The notes beneath the pieces are model-generated. The model ran no database searches. It was not told where the DNA came from and worked only from the letters and a program-made list of their open reading frames with translations. This document shows positions 45,401 through 57,500 of a DNA stretch of 64,000 nt, one piece after another. How positions within the stretch are numbered: position 1 is the first letter of the stretch; every line of letters starts with the position of its first letter. Source of the stretch: Bugula neritina (Eukaryota; Animalia; Bryozoa). A program made the translations under genes and the position numbers. The DNA is taken from contig OZ037769.1 of NCBI GenBank assembly GCA_964035545.1, positions 1,984,001 to 2,048,000 on the forward strand. The letters run 5' to 3'.

Positions 45401-48400
45401 CTTCTATTTATAATTTTCTAATTTAGCTTCAGCAAATATATTGTGCAAAAGTTTGTCTTATAATTATACAATATGAAGCTGTAGCAGGTATAAATACTTA
45501 CCAAAACTGAGACTAGAGTTCATGTTGATGGTTTGAAGAATTTCCTGGGCTGTATCAACTGATGCCGAGTTGGCAGCAACACTTCCTGATTTACAATACT
45601 CATCCTCGTTGCTGACGTAAATGATGTGGGCTTGAGAAGCTGAAATATAACCAAATCAAATCAAAGTATATACTAGTTGGTGTTTTTTGAAATAATAATA
45701 AAAAGTGGATGAAAATATTGCTTGCATGGGTGTGTAGGTGGTGCATTATTGTGTGTCCTCGTTTTAGCTGTTATTTGCTTATAAAACTAGGTAAGTTTAC
45801 ACTCTTATACCCTGTGTTTCCATGACAACCATTACGAATGCCCTTAGGATTAATTATGGTTTGGGGAGGTTAGCATAAACTTATAGTTGCGGTTTCATCC
45901 TAAATGTAACTATTTCCATTAGTGGAATGAAAAAATCATTCGGATAATGATAATGGAAATGTAGTGATAGATAGACAGATTTTCCTAGCTATTTCATCAA
46001 ACAGTTTGCATAACAGATTAGGTACATATACATATGCATACATGTATAATATACATTGAAGATACCTACGGCAGCTATCTACGGGTATAAATATCATGAA
46101 TGTACTTACAATGAATTTAAATAGTGGCTGTACCCTACAATCTACGAGAACAATTAATATAGATATATAGTGAATGTATCTAAGTAAGTGCATATAGATA
46201 ACTTTATCACAAACACAATTATCTGCTGGAATTTTATAACAATTAAGTATTTAATATGCACAATGCGAGGTGATATATAGAAGATAATACAAATATAATA
46301 ATATAGTGGAAGTGCTTCACTAAGTATTATATTCCCTAATAGGGTATAATGCTAATGATAGATATATGCCTATCGGGTATCATGCATGATTAGTAAAATC
46401 CTTTCAGCTAGTAACTTTTATGATTAGATCAAGATTCAAATAACTCAAGGAATTTTAAAACTTGAATAATAATTGCGTAAACCCTTACAAATAAACCTAT
46501 GGCCTTCAAGCTTATAGTTTTAGCAAATGATGTTCTTTTACCAGAGGCTTGCGATAAATGTATACTATTCAGAAAAGATCCATAAATAAAACTAATTGAA
46601 GGCAACATTGTAATTGAAATTCTCAAAAAGTTGAGGCAAAAGTGCTTGCAGACGGCTATTATAAAAATGAGCAAGGTATTGCAAAACAATGCAGTATTGC
46701 GTAATTCTGTTGTGACAAGATTTTCATGCTGCCAAAAGCCTTTCCTTTCCCTGACAGAGATCGGAAGACACTATAAAATCTGACATGATATGCTCAGCCT
46801 TAAACAACAGTATGCTACATGTATTGGTTTTATTTTAGTCTATTTTGTCACATGTAATTAGGAAAATTATAAAATTATTATAACAACTAATTGTAAATGC
46901 AGCAAAAACAACACCACACACTATATATACATGTATCTAGTCATCAGTGTTATGAAAACACATCAGCAATTAATGGAAAGTTTGCAGTTTCGATCCAACA
47001 GCAGCAGCAGCAGCAAAATTCAAGAGCACAACATAGAAAGAAATTATTGGGCTTAATACATATTATTTTATATAAACCTAATTCAACCACTAGCATTCCA
47101 CTTTTTCAATATATATTCATACTTGATATCAATAGATCAAACCTTTAAATCAATATATCTATAATTTATATCAATAAATCAGTGCTTTATATCAATAGAC
47201 CTATACTTTTGTATCAATAGATGAAGATGTATGCAAATGTAGCACTTCATAGTAGTGCTTGAAGTGTGCGCTGTAAAAAAATCATGAATTATTTGACGGC
47301 ATAAACTTAATATATGGCTTCTTCTCACACTCTTTTGGTTTTTTATCCTAATCTTTTGTTTTGTTCCATTTATGCTGAACGCGTTAATACACGCTAAATC
47401 GTCTTATATAAAATGATTTTTTAATTAATTGTTCTAGAAAGCAAACTTTTCCATATTTGAAATGTAAAACTTATATAACCCTGTCTACTTATATTCTTTA
47501 GCCAGTGTGCCATATTTTAATTTGTTTATACCAATTAAACTAGTTTATAACAAAAATAAGTTATGTAATAAATGTATTTATATCAAAGATAAATTAAATT
47601 GAGGTGTAGCCCATATGAAGGTATGCTAGAAATGCAGAACTAGCTAAATTGTTTATAATTCATATCGCTGAGAGTTTTAGTTTAGATTAATAGTTTTATA
47701 CTGTTTTACCCAACGCAATGCTCAATTTTAAAGCCATTGAAATAGTTTCAAGTTGCCATGGAATAGCATTGAGATACTTTAAATTATGCAATACACATTA
47801 TTTTTCAATAATCAATAATCAATAAAATTTACAGCAGCTCAACTGTAATCATTGTAAAAAAAGAAACTTTCTTTTAACTGATACACAATATTTGATTTTT
47901 AAAAATTAATAAAATCTTAAAATGTTACTAGGCTATATTTTCAACGTCAGAATGTTTAAGAAGTAAAGTTTAAAATGATTTAAATATTTAGTGAATCTAG
48001 ACGAAGAAAAATGCAATATAGTTACTTAATATATATGGTAACTTGAACGGTCAAAGTCAAAGTAGAAAGTCAAAACTATAGCTACGATAGGATTTGGAAC
48101 AACTTTTTGAAGTAAACTTCCTTGCTTTAATTATTCAGGATTTGCTATAGCTAGCTGCGTTAGCAGGCAAACACTTATGACAGTTCAATCCACGTAAACA
48201 CTTTTTTTCCTTAACAATTGGGGATAAACTAAAATTAATTTTATGCTTAGCTACCAGCTATTTGCCTATAACAACAACTTGATTGTATAGTTACTCTTTA
48301 CTAGATAACTATGAGCACCAATAGCTTTGTTGTAGCGCTATAAAAAGCCGCTCATAGTCTCAGATAAAATGTAAACACAAAGTCCTAGCAAAACAATACA

Positions 48401-50298
48401 AACATTCGAGAACTTCTACTATAGTGCCTTATACACTTGGATTTAAACAGTTGGGTTACTGTCGAGCACCTGAAGCTATTTAGATTCGTCGAAAAATTAG
48501 TGCTCACCGAATTCCCACATTCCTCATGGCTTTGCTTATCATTAGCAATTATGACTGAGGTTGACCTAATTTCAGAAGCTGACAAAAAATCTGCTGAAAG
48601 TTCACTTTTACAGTCCAGGAAGAGCTGATTGTCACGTTTTAACACACTGCCGTATAGATGTGAGAATTTCATAAATTAACTTACAAGTTGTATATTTTTT
48701 AGCTTCACCAGGTTTACACCATGCAGAGCTATAATGAAACTAAAAAAATATCTGGTGATGGAATTGTACTTTAGACCTGCATTAGACAAACTATTTACAT
48801 CCAATAACAACTTCATATCCTTGTTTGTTATTCCATTTGAATACAGTATAAATAGAAAATTGTAGCAAGTGACACCCAAAGTGATTCATATCATAGTAGC
48901 GCAAGGTTTTAAATTTCCATACCATGCAGTTACAACATATAGCAGATATAACGGATATATAGTATGTCTGTTAATCATTCCCTCCTACAAAAAGAAACCT
49001 ATTGGCACATCCACAAGCAGAATTCATTAGTGACAGCAGTGAATAAATAATATCTGTAATAGTATAATGCAATCAATGTAGCAACTTAGACTATATATAG
49101 TATAGCAACACTACAAGCAAGATCAATTATTTTGTCTACCAATGGCGCTATCCATCATATAATACACTCAGAATGCTTACCAAAGCCCACAATAGAGCAA
49201 ACAACATTGCTAGCCTTTTCAGAGTCTAAAAATGTTATTTATTACGAATGTCCAAGTTTTGATCTTTAAAGCAGCCTAGCTATTATTATAAACTTAACGT
49301 TATAAATAGTTGAAGCGATGCATTAGCTAATCTCCTAATATGTGTCTTGAATTCTAGAAATTCAGGGCTCATCACGTGTCATGGGAATCTAATAAAAGCC
49401 GCTAGTTTGGTACTTAAGTTTTTACTATAAAACTAGAACATTGAAAGTGATTCAGACTTTGGAAATAGATAAACATGAATCACTAAAGTTGAAATCTGAG
49501 CTATAAGTTATTGCTAGACTCAATGATTATAGACTGCTAGCTTTTACTTTGAGGTAGGTGCAGTAATGGAGAAATTGAGAAAAGCCTGTGTTCTAGATTT
49601 GAAATGTAGCATAAGAAGTTATGTTCTCACGAGAATTTTAACCCACGCCCCAAACCAAAATTTAACTATAAAATTAAAGAACTTAGGCTTTCTCAATTTC
49701 TCCACTACTGCTCCTAAATGTTTACTTTTTGCTGCATAAAACTACATAAAATCTATAGAAAGATGTTAAAAAATTCAGAGGAAAAGCAAATTTTTATCAA
49801 ATGCATGATCTTGTAGACATATACCACTAAACTTATAATAATAGAACACACTCCTTACACCTAAATACTAATTGCAACTCCATCTGTTAAAAAACTTATT
49901 TCGGAGAAGTACAGGTTATTGCAACCAATTCTTATAACGAAAAATACTATTTCTTTTTCTAATTTTTACAACTTAGTTTTTCAAGTATAAGAAATATGTG
50001 TGGGATAAATCTCCAAACATCGATTGACACTACTTGGAAAAGCCACTAATGATGTTAAAGATTCAAAGAAACTGACGACTGTCGCAATTTGTAAAAGCAA
50101 TCAGGCTATTAGTCATAAATTAAGATAATGTGATATACTAAAGTATACTATAGAATATTTAGTTGTTTCAGCACAGATGTTCAACTCTACAGACTACATA
50201 CCTGGTGTAAGAGATCTTAAGCCACATGATTGGCTTTCAGAGAGCTTACAGAGTATAGCAAGAGAGTAGAGATATCCAAAACCAAGCAATGCCTTCAT
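36410..50298 (-). CDS. Paralog A: single-pass type I membrane receptor with two tandem mGluR-type Venus flytrap (ANF-receptor) domains and a Tyr/Pro-motif cytoplasmic tail
   Basis: Exons (approx.): 50298-50202 (signal peptide MKALLGFGYLYSLAILCKLSESQSC), 45639-45502, 44576-44442, 43577-43432, 43001-42698 (AIAELAVKLNWDYTTVAY), 42109-41700, 41569-41394 (GDFILVVTMPIHD), 40932-40644 (LRAEAALFA, GLLILDTC, IIGLIGDYSSHIS), 40332-40099 (QVAYGAST..LDDK..HFLRTHP, YGKSGAE), 39284-39123, ~38554-38378, 38101-37338 (NPWF; TM IIAIVLGVILVILVAGIFVY), ~37046-36981, ~36885-36410. Splice phases join in frame. Confidence 0.85.
38580..38870. repeat. Degenerate (AGT)n trinucleotide repeat
   Basis: AGTAGTACT/AGTAGTATG units; intronic in paralog A. 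Confidence 0.9.
40493..40582 (-). pseudogene. Displaced duplicate of the 3' half of a VFT2 exon of paralog A, with intact GTATGC donor
   Basis: Encodes TTEYCNEEHCLDRSKIVGLIGDYSSHISTT versus the adjacent exon's TTEYCNKEQCLDRSKIIGLIGDYSSHISVT; many synonymous differences. Confidence 0.85.
42270..42691. mobile_element. Foldback MITE, copy 2, with 4-bp TSD AATT
   Basis: AATT|GAGCCGTTTTA...TGAAATGACCC|AATT; same family as 18893-19314. Confidence 0.85.
44085..44155 (-). repeat. tRNA-derived (SINE-like) repeat, same family as 34621-34700
   Basis: Minus strand GAGTGTAATGGTTAG...CTAGCTTACAAGCTG...GATTCAATTCC; shares upstream TGTAGYGTTGA with the other copy. Confidence 0.45.
49555..49716. mobile_element. 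Small MITE (~160 bp)
   Basis: TAGGTGCAGTAATGGAGAAATTGAGAAAAGCCT ... AGGCTTTCTCAATTTCTCCACTACTGCTCCTA; a similar right end occurs at ~34500-34529. Confidence 0.75.
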
Positions 50299-51557
50299 TT
50301 TCTGCTAGTATCTGTGTATCCATATAGCTGCGTAGAAAGATAGTAGTATAGCCACTAAGTGAGAGCACACTTTCTATGTAGTACTTCCTGGTATGGCTAT
50401 GCTTGAATGAATGTTGCACAATTCAATAAGTAATCTGAGGCTTTTGATATGGTTAACAAAAATTCTAAACACGCAATCCTACTACAACCTATAAAAAATA
50501 TGTTTTCATGACTCATTGAACAAAGCTGTGAGTTGTATAAGGCTGGCGTACGGCTGGGAGTAGTAAACTGAGCATAACTTAGATTAAATCTAGTTGTATT
50601 GTGTTTCATTTATGTTCAAATGAACAACAATTTGCGTATCTATATTATTTTCACTGTAATCGTTTAGTAAAAAATTTTTGGCTTTGACTGTATCTCTTAA
50701 ATGATACGTCAAACCTATTTTATTATATTCGATAAAAGGTTGCCTAAAAGAAGAGTAAATGTTTGTGAGCTGGCAGCCACTGAATAAAAACTATTACTTA
50801 GCAAAACCGAACTGGCATTGATGGAGCTGAACTAAAATTAACGCAAAATTTCCAAGCCCAAGTTAAACAAAAGAAAATGTAATGCATTACATATAAATAT
50901 AAAAATACTATAAACACTTTTGTTAGGCACTTGCATTATTATATTATTATATCTATACATGTAGTACAATGGCTCGTTGAATTAAGTATACCAGTAGTGT
51001 TTTACCACTCTGTCTATTGTAACAGACCTGCATCTTTCTGTAAATTATGCAAATTTTAAACAGATACACATTCTACAAAATGAATAAACAAAAAAGCTAC
51101 ATTATTATAGGCATGCACCCTTGCTTAGCTCATTATAAGCATTGCAAATGCCAATATTTCTTTTACTAAAAGATTGTAACATTGACTTACTTTTTTTATA
51201 AATTTATGAATGCATTTTAAAAAATAGTTTTGCTATCAAAAGATTTATACACTTGAAAAAAAAGATAAAAGCTTTAAACATAGTTATAACAACTTTTTGG
51301 ACATAGATTGATCAACCTTGGGAGTTGCTCTTTCAAAATAATTGCAAAGTTTTTGATATAATTAATTTGTTATAACTATTGTGATACAACTTTTGAGAAC
51401 TATTAGTACAATTGTTACCATATAATTTTATATTGAGATTTGATATGATAACATTTCGATAGATTATCAATTTTGTTGGTTATGCAGAACGTAGCTTTTC
51501 TCAAATAGTAGAACACTATACAAATCCAAAGCTATCATTTGTTTTTAAAAAAAATCC

Positions 51558-54500
51558 TTAATTAGGAGTTATTGTCCTTGGCATAGGGACTGGCTGTGCA
51601 TCTTCTGAATGGCTGGGGGCTGAATGTTTTTGTATATTACGATATCCGTAACCCTGCAACCTTGAACCACCATCTTCCTTAGCTATGGGATCACGAGCTG
51701 CCTCAGACGCACTGGTAGTAGCAACTGTAGCTTGGGTAGGATTTTTATTTATTTCATTGATAGAGTTCTTGAGGCGATCGATGTAATGAGTTGGTTCTAA
51801 AGTAATTTCTGTAAAATAATGACTTGGTGCAGTTGAAGTTTCAAGATTAAAACAGGGTTGAAAATACGTAAGTGTTTGGCAAATGAATGAAGCCCTGTGA
51901 ATATTTGAAACAATCCAGCTGTAAGCAAAATATTTAATTAACAGAGCTTCAATTAATGAAATAATGAAAGATAGAAAGTGCATCTCCCTACACCAATTTC
52001 TGAAGTTATAAAGCTATTATTGCTGAGTCCTAATTCATAACAATAAAATTAAAAAAGATTTTTTTATGCTGCTATCACTACCTATAAATTATTGATTTGA
52101 TGCAGATATCAGAACCATACAAAATTTGAATTTTTCTTACAGAAAGCAACTCACCAACAACAGCCTGTCTGTCAGAATTTCTACTCCTGCTTTCGTTGTA
52201 AGGCAATGAATACGTCGCATCGTCTGTAAATTGCCGATTATTGTGGAAAAACACACATTCGGTTATTATAAATAAACTGTTTTTATGTGTGCAGTGATAA
52301 TGGCATATCCTCCATTGAAATTTGAATAATTATTACTTTTATGCAACATTTATATAGGTATATATGCTGTTCACCCTTACTATACAAATATGTATAAGGT
52401 GGCACATTTCCAACAAATCTTTATCAAAAAATAGTTTAGCAGTACCAGTTTTTATTAATTCGTAGCAGAGTTTTAGAAAATCAAAAATAGTTTTACATTA
52501 AATTTTCAAGAAACATTCTGCAGTTTAGTGAATTGAGCAGTTAATGTACATACTCATATGTGGTCAAAGAGCCAGCAACTATGTAATGACTGAGAGAACT
52601 CTAACAGGCAACAAGGTCACTTACTAGGAACATTGGACGAAGTTCCATTTGCACTGTGTACGTGACTTCTGTTGTTGGTCAAATCTTTCGGCTTGTTTTG
52701 TGACTGCCCTATTAAAAAGATAAAACAAGAAACATTACTGTATTCTCTGAAATGTTGTTTTTGACAAACATTCACTTTGATCATCAACCGATGTTGATAT
52801 TTTACAAACATATACTTATATATAAATAGGTACAGTAAAAAGTTCAGTTTTCTAAAAATTATTAGTTTTATAGCGAAATTTTTACAAGCATTGTTATTTA
52901 GAGAATCAGCTGAAGTTAAACGTAGTCTAGCTTTAATTTTGTAACAATTTGAAGGATATATAATATGCTTGAGAAATTTAAAATTTTTTTTTACTACATA
53001 CCTTTGTGTTTAATGATCAGCCAGACGACTGCAGTAAAAAGAAATAGGATGACTATCCCTAAGCAACTGGCAATAACAATAATCTGTTGGTTATCTTCTT
53101 TTGTTGGTACAGCTGTACTAGAATGATTACTTTTATCCGGACCGGGACAGAAACTCGCACAATGAAGATCACATGACCTGCTTACTAAAATGTCTTGTAT
53201 GACCTCTGAAGAACCGGAACTATCAGCTGTGTAAAATATTGGTGTGTCTGATCCATTTGGTACAGAGATGTCATTGTTGGTATCAAACTCATAAATTAGA
53301 ACATAGCGATAGTTTGAAGTGCCAGGAATCAACTGTTGGGAGAAAACTTGATAACTACTTTTTCCATCCAAATTTTCATCAAAAGGTGAGAGTCCTGCAT
53401 CCCCACCCGTCTCGGAGCTAGAATCATTTTGAGGAATTCTTACTCTCCCAATATTATACTTCAGCTCTTGTGAAGAATACAGTGTTCTATCAAGTAGCTT
53501 ACTGCAAGTTTTAACACTTTGACCTTCACATTCACGATCAGCATAATTCATGAATCCGTATACTAAAGCGTACATAGCTTTCAAGGTGTACAAGCCGTAC
53601 ATTCCAACATTAACCTTCGAGCCTTCCATGATATAAGATTCATTGCTGGGGCAAATGTTAGCTGTAGAGGAAGTGAAGGAACCTCGGACCTTGCAAGCTC
53701 TTTTTGTTTCATACACTACTGTAGTCCACATATTTGAGGCAAGGCTACTAGCTCTTATACTTAGTAAATGACTTTGAAATTTGTTTACCTGTAAAAAATG
53801 TGCAAACCACAATATTTTTTTAAAGAATGATACAATTCTTTAATTATGACCTTTCATACACTCATTGAAAAAATATTTCTGATTGTTGTTATTGAAGAAA
53901 ATTAAACCCAAGATACATTTTAGGTGGCAAAGAGGTTACTTATTTTGACTATTTACTTGAAACTCTGGGTTCACTTTGAAGGTGAGAGATCCTCTCAGAA
54001 TGTGCCCATATTTCTCTAATAGAAATGTTCTGTTCTCCCACACTTCTGTCATTATAAATATGCTGCCACTTTTCTTCCACCAGTTCTCATGTACAAACTT
54101 CATATTGTCTAAGAGATCTCTGATTGGCTGAAAAGTATAGCTGAAATTATCAGACAAGAAAAACATAATCATGTATAAAACCTTTGATAAATAGTATATT
54201 TACTTTACTGAACTTTACTCAATAATTTTTAATACTTTATGCAAAATTTTGGGTTTTACTGAGAAGTAGTTATAATGAAATGTCATAATATAAATAGTAA
54301 ATTATGTGATGCTTTTTATTTAGCACTAAGAAAATAGTTGTTTATCACTTTAATGATTAGTGTCTTACTTTTTCTTCTCCACAGTATATGACAACAAAGC
54401 TTTTTTCACCGTAAGACTGCAGAGTGGACCAAATAGAGTCATACTTGATAGTAGTTTCTTCTCCCAAATAGCTTAGTTGAAAAGACTCAATGATGCAGTA

Positions 54501-57500
54501 GTTAGACTTGTTCAAATGACTTCTTACAAGCTACAAGATGGCAAACACTGTAAGTTTTACATCTTTGGTTTGAAGTAAAGTAAACTACTGAGTTATGATA
54601 TGAAACTTTAGATCAGAAATAAAAATTTATTCGGTGCTAATCAATCAATACATTGTAGCACAGTTTTCGAACCAAGCATTAACAAACTCAGTGTTGCTAT
54701 TTGTAGCTTTAAGCCTATATGCCTAGTAGCCATAAGTTTTGCTGGGCTATATCTTTCTGCTTTACAACCAACACACTGCTTTAGCAAGACCACAAACCAA
54801 CCTCTGCCGTTGTCTCCCCATACAAAGAGTCTGTGTTCATCAACACCACAGAATTTATATCAGCTTTCCCAGCAGAGTTCAGGTTGTTTAGTAATTTTAT
54901 AAGTATTGCTGCAATTCTAGTTGCAGATGGATGAGTCCGCAGGAAGTGGGTGAACTCAGTCTTGTCGTCCAATTGCCGTGTCGCCGCACCATATGATATT
55001 TGAATAATGTTAACAGGAATCATCAGTCTCTGCTCCTGTTATTAAAGTATAAAAACTTACAAATAGGGGTCAAGCTAGTAAAATGTAATTTTTGTCAATG
55101 TTAAAATATGTTTCATGTTGGCTTCATGGCAACCAGACTAGTTAAAAATTACAAAACAGGAAAAGAAATTAAACAATGAACCTAACAACAGCGATAGAAT
55201 TTTAGTAGAGCTGTAAATGAGACAGCATACCGTAACAGATATGTGACTACTGTAATCTCCAACCAGTCCAATAATCTTTGAGCGATCTAGACAATGCTCT
55301 TTGTTACAGTATTCTGTTGTACCATTCAGCACATCTGTGAGCAACTTCTGAGTAAGAGCTGTGTTGAAACAGGTGTCTAGAATTAGCAGGCCTAAATTGA
55401 GACCTTTATCTTGAAAGAGTTGATTTAGTCGTGTCCTAGCAAATGTAGCAGCTTCAGCTCTCAGCGATGCTTCTGCGTTAAACTTCTGACAGCTCCATAA
55501 ATCAGGATATTCATTAAAACTGCAAAGTATGAAGCTGTTGTTTTTCTAGTACCAATCTTGTGTGCCTTGTGCAAGACAAACCAAAATATTGCATAAGAGC
55601 AGTGTTTGCAAAAATATAATAAGAATTTGTTGAAGTTTTATGAACTGAGGTTTTCCTCAAAATAAAGTTTTTAAGATATTTAAACTTGTACTCAATTATC
55701 CTAACCTACCTGTCATGAATAGGCATAGTGACAAGTATGATAAAGTCTCCTGGCAGGTAAATGTAATCTGGTACAGGTAGTTGCTGACTACACTTTCCTC
55801 GGCAGCTCTCACTGGTACACCACATGTCTGTGTTCATCTCTGCCACGGAGTCCACCATCGACCACCCACTGGAAGGGCTGTATGTCTCCTAACAAAATTA
55901 TGTCAATTTTATTTTGAGGCGTTCTTCTTTGAATATAATTCGATCTACTAGGAATCTTCTTTATAAGTTGAAAGTAATCAATTGACTGGTCATTTTACCA
56001 TTTACCAGAAAATGTTTACAGATAGATCCATAGCATTTATAGATACAAAATGAAACACCTTCAGAACATCACCACCATAACAGATTCACAGGTCATTTTG
56101 TAAACACAATTATAGAGATGAAGACAAAAAGTTCTAAATTTCCAATTTGTATTAAAGTATACATGAAAAATCTTACACCCTGTCTTAGCTGGTAAAGTGG
56201 TATTTCTGGCTGTATTTGAAGAACATTTTTCATAAATCTGAGGCTGAAGGTTTTGTTATCATAATCTAAAGTTATGCTAATAGATTTCACTTTTTTGTTG
56301 ATCAGCTTCTGTAACTTCTCAACCTCAAGGTTAGGACAGACTGCTATTCTGCCTGAGCACTCACTATTTACCACTTCCTGTACGGAAGCAGCCAATAAGC
56401 GCACTGCTGCCAAAGTTTGGAAGACGTTAGATCCAGCAGAGCTATTCAGCTGGTACTGTTTCACAATGTGTATAGAGTCATGAGCACCAGCAAGAAACTC
56501 AAAGTCTTCTCTCTCTGGCAGTTCAGGAGAGACAATCCAGGAAAAGCCGAAGCCAGTGAGATGAGTAGGATTTACTAAAAACAAAAGATAATGCAATGAT
56601 TCCATTTCCATTATCTCCAGAATCAACAAGGTATAGAAAAAGTTCTTTTTTTTCCAATGGAAATTTTTGGTGGCATGAATAGAATTCACTAAAATATAGG
56701 TTTGCGTCTGTAAAGAATTGTTTCGAAACTGTATCTTATATATTGAATGCAAGAAAATCTCTGTCACTACTCAGTGTTTTTAGTCATGATATGTAAAAGT
56801 TCCTCAAAATACCTTGATTTCAGCCAATAGAAATTTAATAAGCAAAGTATTCTTGACAACAAAATGTATACCACTTCATTTCGTTTGAAAACATTCAGTG
56901 TTACAGGTAATTTGCTGCTAAATTGCTCAGAACCTCTATGAGAATATTATTACAACTTTATGACCCTTGTCGAACATACTCTCAATTGAGTTGTATGATT
57001 AAAACCTGACAAGGAAGCATTTAGCAGATGCTAAGCCTAAAATATTTCACGACCAAAGAGATAACGCTTGACTTGTTATTCATAAAAATGATTGATGTTG
57101 GCACTTCTCTTTTAGGTTTTTAGCTCAAATTTCAACATTGTGCCAGAATAAGATAAGAATACCTGTAGTAATTAAAAATATTGTGGTTGTTTAACTCTTA
57201 ATATGACTAAAATTTCAACAGGAAAAAATAAAGCTGCTATAAACTATTTTTAACTGAAAAAAGCTTAAAGTGGATTATTTCTAAAAGTTGATGTGTAAAA
57301 GAAAAGCAAAAACCTACATTTACTAGGTGCTGACAGAATTATAACTCCCCGAGGTTTATCCAACCCTGTCACATTACGTATGAGTTGAGAGCCAGTAGCA
57401 TCTTGGAGGAACTCAATGTAGCTGTCTACACACACCCTCTTCTCTCTGAGTTCATTTTCCAGCAGCTGTCTCAGAGCTCTACCAGAAGTTGTGGAGCTAT

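Noticed and set aside
46110-46610. Alternative first-exon candidates for paralog A (MHLLRYIH.., MLPSISFI..)
   Set aside because: Wrong phase or poor signal peptide; 50298-50202 has the right phase, the same length as paralog B's first exon and an SQSC/TQTC match.
40684-56483. Plus-strand ORFs overlapping receptor exons (e.g. 40684-40974, 42730-42930, 53239-53421, 56274-56483)
   Set aside because: Antisense shadows of minus-strand coding exons.
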